Assembly: GCF_001194135.2 (NCBI RefSeq)
Contig: NC_068982.1
Coordinates: 146,454,137-146,518,136 of the forward strand
From: Octopus bimaculoides
Lineage: Eukaryota
Direction of reading: 5' to 3'
Length of the DNA: 64,000 nt
Below the pieces are notes generated by a model. That model was not told the origin of the DNA. It did no database searches and was given only the letters and a program-made list of their open reading frames with translations. Below are positions 52,860 through 64,000 of this stretch, one piece after another. Numbering within the stretch: position 1 is the stretch's first letter; each line of letters starts with the position of its first letter. The translations under genes and the position numbers were made by a program.

Positions 52860-54810
52860 TCACACGCTGATATTTGGCCTACGTTGGACCCCTTATTCGC
52901 ATAATCACCGAAGCTGGAGCTTAACTATGGTCTATTCATAGCACTTACTCAGCATTACCTGAAACATCTGGGTTTAATTGACACCACTACCGCTCATAAC
53001 CCCTATATATATATATATATATATTAATAAATGTGCGCGTGTGTCTATGTCTGTGCGTCTGTGTCTGTGTGTTCGTCTATGTGTATGGATATTTGAAACT
53101 ATATGCCTATGTAAGTAGGTTGCTGTTTTGTCTGTGTGACAGAAATACAAAAGAAGCCTAAGAGACAGTACAAGAGAGAGGCATGTTATATGTACCAATT
53201 CGTACAGATAGATTTTGATTCTCTGTATTTCGACAAATTTTAAATATTTCACAGAAATATTACACTAATGTAACAGAAAATTGGCGAATTTGTTTCACTG
53301 ATATACATTATTAAAAATGTTTCTCGCTCCATCATCTACCTCATTAATAAAAGAAATCTACATAGAAACGGAGATACAGTCTGTAGAATCCTAGAAACTA
53401 ACATCATTCTCTTTAGATTATTTTATAGATTTATTTCCAATTAGCTTTAGATAAATGTAAGTTAAATTCATAAAGTTTTCCTGCAAATGAGAACGGTGAT
53501 ACAAATATATCTTATTTAAAATTTTGTTTTGAATAACTTGATTCTTGTTTCTTCCTTTGTTATCACAATATTTTTTTTTTTTTTCAAACTTTATATTTCA
53601 TCATAATTGCATCTCAAATGAAATATTCATTTCCGTTTGCATACAGTTTGCATCTATCTCTCTACATTAAATTTTGTACACTCAAACACATACACGGATA
53701 TACACACAGACACACACATTTTCATATACGTGTGTGTCTGAGTGTGTATATATGTGTGTGTGTCTGAGTGTGTATATATGTGTGTGTGTCTGAGTGTGTA
53801 TATATGTGTGTGTGTGAGTGTGTGTGCGTGTGTATGCATGCATGTATGTATAACCGCTGATATCTCCTGAAATAATACATTGTCATGTTTTATATTTTCT
53901 CTGGTGTGAAGGCATATATTTAAAAAAATACAATCATCTTCAAAATGTTTACTATTTAGTTCTCTCTCAGTGTCTTTCTTCTTTCTTTCTTTCTTTCTTT
54001 ATTNNNNNNNNNNNNNNNNNNNNNNNNNNNNNNNNNNNNNNNNNNNNNNNNNNNNNNNNNNNNNNNNNNNNNNNNNNNNNNNNNNNNNNNNNNNNNNNNN
54101 NNNNNNNNNNNNNNNNNNNNNNNNNNNNNNNNNNNNNNNNNNNNNNNNNNNNNNNNNNNNNNNNNNNNNNNNNNNNNNNNNNNNNNNNNNNNNNNNNNNN
54201 NNNNNNNNNNNNNNNNNNNNNNNNNNNNNNNNNNNNNNNNNNNNNNNNNNNNNNNNNNNNNNNNNNNNNNNNNNNNNNNNNNNNNNNNNNNNNNNNNNNN
54301 NNNNNNNNNNNNNNNNNNNNNNNNNNNNNNNNNNNNNNNNNNNNNNNNNNNNNNNNNNNNNNNNNNNNNNNNNNNNNNNNNNNNATATATATATATATAT
54401 ACAAGGTTTCAAATTTGTATATTTAAAAACGATAGAGACTTTCAACACGATCGATTTTTGTTCCATTTATTTAATTATTTACCATTCGATGTCAACATTT
54501 CTGTGTTCAACTCTATCCAGTGACTGATCCGTTGGATGTCTGGCGTTTGGCACTTCCTCAGGAATGGCTTCCGTTAGAACAAATGACCAAAAAACACAAT
54601 TATCTATCAGAACAGATTATTAAAAATTATTTAACTATACCGTTCTTCCGCCATGCTGTCTTGGTTATATGTTGGCCTCGTGAGTTGCTTGTGGTTTGTT
54701 TCTAGTAATACTGATGATAATTTCAGATGGATGGGGATGTGAACAGCAGTGGGCATCTAATATACTATATTTCTATATAATTTACGTATCCACGAAACCT
54801 TTGATATACT

Positions 54811-55107
54811 GAGCACTCCGTCGGTTATGACGACGAGTGTTCCATTTGATGTAACCAACGGAACAGCCTGCTTGTGTACACTCCATAGACACGCGTACAC
54901 TTAACGTAGTTCTCAGGGCGATTCAGAGTGACACACCGAATGTGAAAAGGCTGAACTACAGGTACAACTCATTTTTGCCAACTTAGTGAACTGGAGCAAG
55001 GAGTAATAAAGTGTCTTGCTCAAGGAGACAACACATAGCCAAGAATCAAACTCACGACCTTACGATCGAGAGCCGAATACACTAACCACCGAATCACGTG
55101 CCTTCAC
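54811..55107 (-). mobile_element. tRNA-derived SINE (family C tail, different head)
   Basis: 3' tail homologous to 12785-12960; flanked by the 12-bp duplication (C/T)TTTGATATACT (54799-54810, 55108-55119). Confidence 0.85.
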
Positions 55108-56567
55108 TTTTGATATACTACCGTTAATTTTTTTGAAGCAAATTCAAACAAATGTACGCAGAAAATAGCTTGACTTGAAATATTTTTTTACAATATTAGT
55201 ATAACTTTATGAACATGTTACTGACTTGTATACGAATATTTTTAGCTGTCTATGGAATATGTAAACAAATAGACACATCACTAAATCTCGCATTCGCTTT
55301 TATGAACCTAAGTCTATATTATCATTTTATAAATAGATTGCCAGTGGGATTTATGTAATAATTGTTCTTGCTAGATACTTCTATCAACATTTTAAAATTC
55401 TAATCAGGTAAAATGTTAACAATATATACATAATTCTTCACCACTGGCGTTTCATATACTTCTAGTTTTATTTTAGTTATATGATTCATAAATATTGAAA
55501 TGTTGCAAATCCTGTTTCAGTATGTCAATCGAAAAGAACAATAAATATAATCCTATGAGAAAAATAACAGTGATTTAATAAAAATGAAAATAAAAACCGA
55601 CATACTGAAATATTATATGCATGTAATTTCTAAATCTCTTTAGCTTGTCAAGTCATTGTTGCCGTATCAGCTATGTCCAATCTCAACACAATAAAGTAAC
55701 AAAAGACATTTTTCAGTTTAACAGTTTAGTTATTTGCAAGGCGTCTGGGAAATATTTTGCAACAACAATAGAGGGCGAAATACAACATTTAATGAAGCTG
55801 AGCATAACCATTTTGTGCATCATGTTGACAGATATCGATAGATCAATATCTGCAACTTGCATTTATTATTGATTTCGACAATATAAAATACTATCCAGTC
55901 AAATGTCATGGAGTAATTAGTCATCTAATGGTCATTGATTTCTCAAAGCAATTGCAAAAGCGAGTACATGCTGCATTTTACCAATGTTAGCCGGGTGTCA
56001 TTGTCATGTCAAGTGCAGTTTGATTCTAAAGATGAAAATTGTTTCGGATATTCCACAAAGGGAAAAAATACAAAACTTTCTAACATAAAAATAAAGTCAA
56101 TAAATCTTGAGGATGAATAGAGCCGAATTAATTGGCCTAAATATTTCGGTAGCAGTTATTTTATGAACTAATAGAAAAGGAAAATCGAACTCAAGCGCAT
56201 TATAATTGCAACTCAAAGCTTAAAAAAGCAAAGCCAAAATAATACGGACAATAAACTAGCGAAGATATAACAAGGCTAAAAAAAAAGCTAGTTTGAAGAA
56301 ATATTACTAAAAGGTATTGAGATGTTGTACAGCTTTTTCAATTGACAAGATATAAAGAGCACGAAAAATCTTAGACACACAGCATTACTGTAAAGTATAA
56401 CCGCTGTGTTATATCGTAAGAACAGTATTTCATTTATGAGGACCATTGTGAGGAAAAGATTACTCACTGATGCAGATACAGTAAGTTTGATTAGTTTCAG
56501 AATGTACTATGCTAGGGATACATATGATTAAGCTGTGAAACAGGAACGCAGAAAACAATTCTGTCAT

Positions 56568-56765
56568 TGTTGTGTCGACGCCCCCAGGCAAAGAAGTAGG
56601 ATGTCCCAAGACATATAAATAGAAGTAGTCTGGCCGTGGTTGGAGTGTTGAGTAGCAGTCGAGTAGCTGTTGAGTAGTAGTCGAGTAGCAGTCGAGTAGC
56701 AGTTTTGTAGCGGTTGAGTCGAGATCATCCGAAGATGCTAGATAACAGTAGCTTGAGACATTACA
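56568..56765 (-). mobile_element. 198-bp solo LTR, same family as 22691-22855
   Basis: TGT...ACA termini and an exact 5-bp TSD GTCAT (56563-56567, 56766-56770). Confidence 0.85.
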
Positions 56766-59700
56766 GTCATTAGCTAGCATAAACTTAATGCAGAGTTGAG
56801 GCCATAGAACGAATTGTGATGTGGATAATTGATACTCATTGGAGAAACACCTCATTATTTGGAGTATAATGTTGATTGTATTGAATTTTATGTCAATGTT
56901 ACAACAAATTCAACATCTACATGCATGTGTAAGCAAGAGGAAAGTTGAGTTCAGGTTATGACCATATAAGATATGGGGATACTGCTGAATAGTAAAACAT
57001 GCTCGGAGATCGAACGGTTTATATAGTAAACATCATAATGAGAAACTCAGAAATCGTTTTCCAAATAGTTGTTAGCGTATGTAATACTGGTGGAGTTAGT
57101 TACAATGAATGATAAATTATTCCTAAAAAGAAAATATAAAAAATCGATTTGTAAAGATACCAAGAGGTAACCATTCAGATATCGGAAACTAGAAAAAGAT
57201 AAATAGTGAAGATTAATGCAAATAATATAGGGTACATTTTATATTTTAAATGTCTTGGCCAGTAGTTGATGTTGCTTACAAGTGCTCACAAAATTTTATG
57301 CAAGGATGTAAATTTGAAGCAGTCCATATTGAAAGAAAAACAAAATATCACCCTTTTCTTTTCTTTTTTTTAATTGTTATGAAACTACACTCGAGACGGT
57401 GCCTTAATGATATGAATGAAAGAGTTGTGCATCAACTATAATACTGTATGCCACACAGTGCGGGCACTCTGATATGTGATGAACAGTATATGCAATTGGC
57501 TCGGTAACAACACATATAATCAAGACATAAAAAGGCTAACAAATTTTTACGTAACACTCGGCATATATTACGCATTAAAATTGTAAGGACTAAAGGATGA
57601 ATTCATTTGATAATCCCAATGTAACTAAACTGAAAACATTATACGCTCATGCATAAACTAAATCATATTAACAATTAAAACAAAAATCATAAACAAAACA
57701 TTATCTTTGGATATTAAAACATCAATATTTATTTTCATATCTATTTTCATGGTTGGTTACTTGCCTAAAATTATATAAACATTAGTTGAGAAAATTTCAA
57801 ATATTCCCTAAGGTTTCATACGTTATAATAAAAAGTAAAAGCATCTAAATGTATTTTTTATATATATATTTGCTTCAAAATATGAACATTATATGCAAAT
57901 TTATTTCTTTCAGTAGATTTACAAAGTAATTAAAACATATAGTTCTGTAATTAAACTCAAGTTTAATTAGAATTCGAGTGAGTGAATATTGTAAAATTTC
58001 TAATATACTTCAATGACCTTTTGATATTAATCATCGGCCATTGAAATCTAAATATGAGTTCCGTTGTAAATTATCTGTGAAATATTTCATGATATTTAAT
58101 TTCATAATCACGACAATAATGTTTATCACATAAATTACAATATTCTACAAATTATAAAAGATCAACCTAACTACTGAAAAATAATTTAAAGCGGCGTAAT
58201 CTCATGTTTTCGAATTTCAAATTTCTTCGTTCACACTTCCCAAATCATATGTGTATTGCATTTATGAAATGTTATATTTAAAGTACAATTTTGTATTCAT
58301 GTACTTAAATTTATAAAAAACAGAAACACATTTCTTTAGACGTGTCTCTCAGGATGTATGAGGTCTTTCTTTCGATTTACACTTATGTTCATCACTCTCT
58401 CTTTCCTTTTCGTTCCCTCATACATACATGTATACTATTAATGGATGGAGTGAAATGGGTGAATCATGCAAGAGGAACTATCTGATATGTTAAAGATTTC
58501 AGAGATATAGATTCTATTATTTTTTTAAATCATAAATTGCGTTTTAACAATGACATATGAAGTATAAAGACAGTGGCTGTCATTAGAACGATTGTAAACC
58601 TCGACATAAAGCTTGACAGACTTTGAAGCGGTATATATAAAATGAAATCAACTATTCACCAGACCGCACCCAAAGCTTATTTCAAAAACGAAACATCATA
58701 ACAATCAGAATTTACTAATTTAAACAGTATTTCCTATGTGTTAGGTTATTGTGTTTTATAAGTTTGTTTTTATATTGTATGGGCAATGTTGATTAAAAAT
58801 ATAATAAACTCCACTTCTGTTTACAAAATGACATATAGTTTATGGTTGAAATATTTCATATCAAATAAGAATTCAGTCGTAAAATTTCATTAGTTTCTAA
58901 TATGAATCAAAGAAATCAACAAAATGGATGGCGACCAGCGGTATCATCTATCAGTAATAGTGTATTAGCTTAAAGAAAGAAGTTAAATGGAATGTTAAAT
59001 TGCATTTAGAAAAATCTGGCCAATCCAGCCAGAAACCTTTAATTAGGAAGTGTCGTGAAATAAGATGCGTCTACTGCTTAAATTCATAAAAGACTAATTC
59101 CGAATTCTTCATTGAATCATGAATAAGGTATGAATTGCTACCTCCAACAATGTATGAACAGTAATAAAAGTAACATCGAAGAATTGATTTGTCACAACTT
59201 CACAATACAAAATATTGAACAAATCTTGCAAGAAAATATCTATTTATTTAGTTGTGATGTGTTTTTTTTTCCAGTTTTCGCTAATTTTTACTTGAAAATT
59301 TGTTTTTAGAAATACTTTCTTTTTTTTGTGTGTGTGTGAACAGATTCCCTTTCTGATATGACCTGAATAAACAACGACATCGATACATCTCAATAAACTC
59401 AGTAATGGCATGTACAGAATAATAATCACAACTCTTTATTTGTGTTTGAATGCACCTGCTTATCGGTTTTGTCGGTGATGCATATATCCTTCACCGATAC
59501 ACTTCGGCGAATGACACATCAGTTTGCAGGAGAATACGCTGGCGCACGCATATAGTTTTGAAACCCATATATTATTCTTGATTCAATGCACAATTCGAAA
59601 ACAACAATTCTTAAGAATTTCAGCAATAGGAGGATCTTCTATTCTTGTTTATGTTCATTGTTAAATGAACCATCTCTGACAAGGCCTGTTGACTGAAGTA

Positions 59701-60189
59701 GTCAATAATTATTCACTGCGAAATTTTAAATATTTCGTTTTAATAAATACAACTTTCTAACAGAGTATATAGCTACTCTCCTCATATTCTAGAAAAGTTT
59801 TCATTATATTCAGCTCAAATACCCATCATCCCATGCTATCACACTAGTGCATAAATCTGTATCGCAGGAAAATATTTCAATTATAAGGTGTAGTTATGAA
59901 ATGTAGCTATCCAGCAGCAGATTGCTCTTGGAACAATCAATTGTTATTTAATTTACTATGTTAAGTACTGCCTAAAGAGTGTACTCGATCCACTTGGGTA
60001 AAGTGTATACGTCCATGATACTAAATGGTACCCTGAAATCTCTTCCTTTTCTCTCTTCATGATACATATACTCTTACATAAGTTTCGGATAAGATAATAA
60101 ATTTCGGAATTGGCCCGACCATGCTTAACTTACTAACTTAATATCACCACCTGGAGAATGCATTTAATGAGGTTTCATTTTACAGTGAT

Positions 60190-61480
60190 TCTTTGGGTCA
60201 TTCGAGTAAAGAATTATTGTTTGCAAAGATATATCTGGATTTATCTAGAATTTGTTGGAGATGATCGTCCACGAACAGTGTGAATGTTATGATGTGTTTC
60301 TGGTACCTTGACATGATTTTAAAGAGAGCGGAGCCAATTAAGGTGAAATAGTTCTGTCTTAGTGTTGCGATAGATATCACGTGAGTACGATTTTTGTAGC
60401 GTACGGATAGTACAGTGACTAAGCCTTGGATGAATTTTGAAGGTAATGTGAACATCATTTGGGCAGCGATGTCGCAATATTTTCCACATCGTAAGGCGGC
60501 GGGCTGGCAAAAGCGTTAGCACACCGGGCGAAATGCTTAGCGGTATTTCGTCTGTCTTTACGTTCTATGTTCAAATTCCACCGTGGTCGACTTTGCTTTT
60601 CATTCTTTTGGGGCCAATAAATTAAGTACAAGCTGCGTACTGGGGTCGATGTAATCGACTGGGCCCCTCCCACAAGATTTCGGGTCTTGTGCCTGGAGTA
60701 GAAAAGAATATTTCCCACATCGTATAAATGAGGCAACGCTCACGACGGCGTTAGAGGGAACAAAGTTAGAGTTCCTGCGACGATCCCAATAATCAAGATT
60801 TTTCATGTCTTGTGAACGATCTCTGGTATGCTTCATATTTCATATTTCGTTTCGTGCATGGAGAACAAAGTGGGCGGACAGCAGGATTCAAGTTGAAGAT
60901 GGACGATGGTGGAGAAGGGATGGATAATGGTAGGATTGTCTCTACACCGAAAAATCATGAGGATCCAGGAGCACGCCCCTGAGGCCTATGTCGATTTAGT
61001 TATGTGAGCACGTCAGCTGAAACTGTTATCAACAGTTACTCCGAGGTCCACAGCAGAATTTTCGTCTGAGGTTTTCTCCCAGAATGTTTAGTATGTCATC
61101 AAAGTGATGCAAGTATGTGTTGAGCAGTCCTGCCATTGCGGAAACCACACTGGTTGGGTATATTTAGGCTATTACTTTCTAAGAAGTGAGCTCCTCGTGA
61201 TCTCACCACTCTTCTTAAACAATTTCATGATACGGGAGGTGAGATCGGTCGGTAATTCACTATCAGAGATTTGTTGGCCTTTATAAATACTAGAACAAAC
61301 GACTGGGTGAGATTTTCGGGAACATTGCCAGCGTCCAGTGATTTTCTCCACAGAATAGCTAAAGGGAATACCAGCTGACGATGGCATTCCTTCCAAACTC
61401 TATTGGGGAAGCTATCGGCCTGCACCTGGGTTGTTTGTAATTTTGTTAATCGCTGCTATGATATCCCAGGAACCAAATGA
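60190..61480 (-). mobile_element. CR1-like LINE 3' fragment with internal deletion, split by a SINE
   Basis: LVFPLAILWRKSLDAGNVP...NYRPIS joins to DLGVTVDNSFS...NLDYWDR; after the SINE it reads NYFTLIGSALFKIM...NNNSLLE. Confidence 0.85.
60495..60707 (+). mobile_element. Full-length SINE family A nested in CR1
   Basis: B-box-like TGTTCAAATTCC; 17-bp TSD ATATTT(T/C)CCACATCGTA (60477-60493, 60708-60724). Confidence 0.92.
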
Positions 61481-63474
61481 TATATCGGATAGGGTGCGCT
61501 TGGGTCCGTTTCACCGGATTCAGTAGTTGTAGAAAATGAGTTCTGCTTTAACTGCTTAGGGCGAATCCATCCCCATTAGATTTCCCCCTCTTTTTTTCAT
61601 TCTACCCACTTGTATACACATTCTACGTAGCTACGTAGCTAGCTAACATCGATGATGATGGTATTGACTCTTTTGTGGTATTTTGGCTTGGAGATCTATG
61701 TTTTAACGGTCGTCCTTGTGGCTCTTGTTGCTGCTATGGTAGTTGTAATTGTTGTTGCTGTTGCTTTTGTTACTACTGCTCGTTGCCGGTTGTGGTTATG
61801 AAAAATTATAAAAGGCAAAGATGGCCTTAGTGGCACTTGAACATAAAATGTAAAGAGACTCAACTAATACAGCAAATCATTATGTCCAAAGCTAAGCTCT
61901 AATAGTAATACTTATACAAATACACTGTCATTAATATTGGGGTAGGAGACAGTCGATTAAATTTACTTCAGTACTCACCAATACTTTATTTTATCAACCT
62001 TAGAAGGATGAAAAATTAAAATACCGGACAACCAAAATTAAAAAAATAATAAGCAGATAATATAAACTGATTACAGTGATGATGGCTACTTCACACATTA
62101 TTCCTCATACATAGAATAATAGGTGTTGATTACAGTACAATATGAAACTACGACTTGCTTCAGTTTGTTTTGAATCTGTCTTTCTTGACGGTTATTATGA
62201 AGGTGAACAACTCTTTTGGCAATGAGATTTATACATGGAGCAGAGGCGTTTTCATTTTGTGAAGGAATAAACCATGCGTTAATGAGAATGTTAATTTCAC
62301 TGTCAGACCGGTTGCGATGATATTGGACAGGGGTGTTTGTACGGTGTCGTTTCTTCGTCTTTTCTACTGAGGTTGTTGTTGTGAAATGCTTCTTTCTTTT
62401 TTTTATCACTTTGGGTTTATAATGTTGGGTTTTGAATCACACCCAAATGGCAAATAAAATATACAAATAAAATATGCAAATTATAAACAAAATATTTGCT
62501 TCGTGGTAATAGTCAAGGATATTCGTGTGCATTACAATATTGAAAAATCTGTCATTAAAATATTGTGTAAATTTGTGTGTAATTCTTAATAGAAATTTTG
62601 TGTATTTATGAATATATGTGTATAGAATATTGTGTGATTACTGTACAAAATAACCAAAAATGTAAAGAATTCGAGGTTTCAAAATATGAGACACACGTAG
62701 CATAGTAGCATATCTGCTGGCAATCGATTTTTGAGCTGAGAACGACGTATGAATGACAGTTCAATCGTTCGAGTGAGTGGCCTGCTCTACTCAGCGAATC
62801 AGCGTGAAAATCGTGGTTGAATATGCCACAGACACGCGTTCTCTTAATGTAATTATCACGTACAATTAACATGACAAACTTCTTAACCATTCCTGCCGAG
62901 AATGCATCCATGTATGTGTGTGTGTGTGAGTGTGTGTGTGTGTGTGTGTGCGCAGATATGTCTTTCTCAAACAACACATAACATCATCAATATTTTTATC
63001 ATCGTCGTCGTCATCATCATCATCTTCTTCCTCCTTCTTCTCCTCCTCCTCTTCATCATCCCATCCTCATCATCATTTGATGCACATTTTCAGTGCTTAC
63101 ATGGATTAAACCGTTGTCACAGACCGACTCCCTTCATATTTAAAGTTACTACCAGGCTAGAAGGGTTGTGAGACAACTTTTTCTTGCGTTTCATTTGTCA
63201 CATGGTTTCTACGCTTGGATGCCCTTCTTAACACTTACCATTTTACGTTGTTTACAAGATTTAATCTTCATTGTACCAATACAATAAACATTGCGAAAAA
63301 CATCCCCTGGTCAGCAGGTTGTCCCTGGTCATTCTCCATCCCTATACAGAGTGTTTCATCGACGCAGCAGTGAATTTGTCTTGCGCTCTGTAAGACTAAA
63401 TACTATTCTAAGCTATTTATGCTTGTTTAAGGCCATCCAGAAGAGCATGCTCAATTCATATATATGTACATATA

Positions 63475-64000
63475 CAGGGTGTGGGGAATAAATTGTCATC
63501 TAAATTAAGCAAAAACGAGAATAATACTGACATCTCATTTTGACAGATATACTTACCAAAATTACATAAAAATATCTTGAAGCCTAAAGAGTAAATTTAT
63601 TCAATGAAATCGCTATCGGCTTCAACCAGGGCCTCCAGACGACTTGGAAGTCTCCTGAAACTCTTCTGGGCGGTCTCTTTGTTTAAGTTGGTGAATGCTA
63701 CCATAATCCTTGCCTTAAGTTGATCTTTGGTGTTACAAGGAGTTTTGTTGGTCTCTTGATCATCTACACCCAACACATAATAATCCGGGGTCTGGCCAGG
63801 TTTAGGGTTGATGTGGTCGCAGAAATTGTCTGATAGCCATAACTGGGTTATCGTGTTTGTGTGACATGGCGCAGAGTCCTGTTACCAGGCATAAGGTCTT
63901 CCAGCAGCTACCCTCTTGACACAGGACAAGACTACCTCCTCCAGGCACTTGATGTAAGCCTCTGTGTTGAGTCTGAGGCCCTGTAAGTTGAATGGAGCCA
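63475..64000 (-). mobile_element. Tc1/mariner-superfamily transposon 3' end, transposase pseudogene running off the window
   Basis: LRLNTEAYIKCLEEVV...GRPYAW*QDSAPCHT...WLSDNFCDH...PDYYVLG...NTKDQLKARI...RLEALVEADSDFIE* (stop 63597-63599); terminus CAGGGTGT preceded by TA. Confidence 0.92.

Overview
AT-rich, microsatellite-dense eukaryotic DNA with 8 N-gaps (about 2.5 kb in total, most next to (TA)n tracts). The SINE families and repeat load look like an octopus (coleoid cephalopod) genome; this is recognition from memory, not a database match. No intact protein-coding gene can be supported, and most ORF-track entries are microsatellite or N-run artefacts. The window is mainly decayed mobile DNA: several tRNA-derived SINE families, R4/Dong-like LINE fragments, two CR1-like LINE fragments, Penelope-like element (PLE) remnants including a GIY-YIG endonuclease, a Helitron remnant, a mariner-type transposase end, a Tc1/mariner MITE, and two short solo LTRs with 5-bp target-site duplications (TSDs). 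The most interesting signal is a set of minimal type I hammerhead-ribozyme-like motifs in PLE-type tails. Several have non-canonical cores (a G3-C8 compensatory swap; U4C in two subfamilies; an extra nucleotide after A9) and family-specific palindromes in place of stem III. Two sit in head-to-head fold-back structures, one of them a tRNA-headed SINE. A promoter-like motif cluster near 44.8 kb with a candidate minus-strand exon may mark a host gene start. Ribozyme activity and exon status are predictions only.
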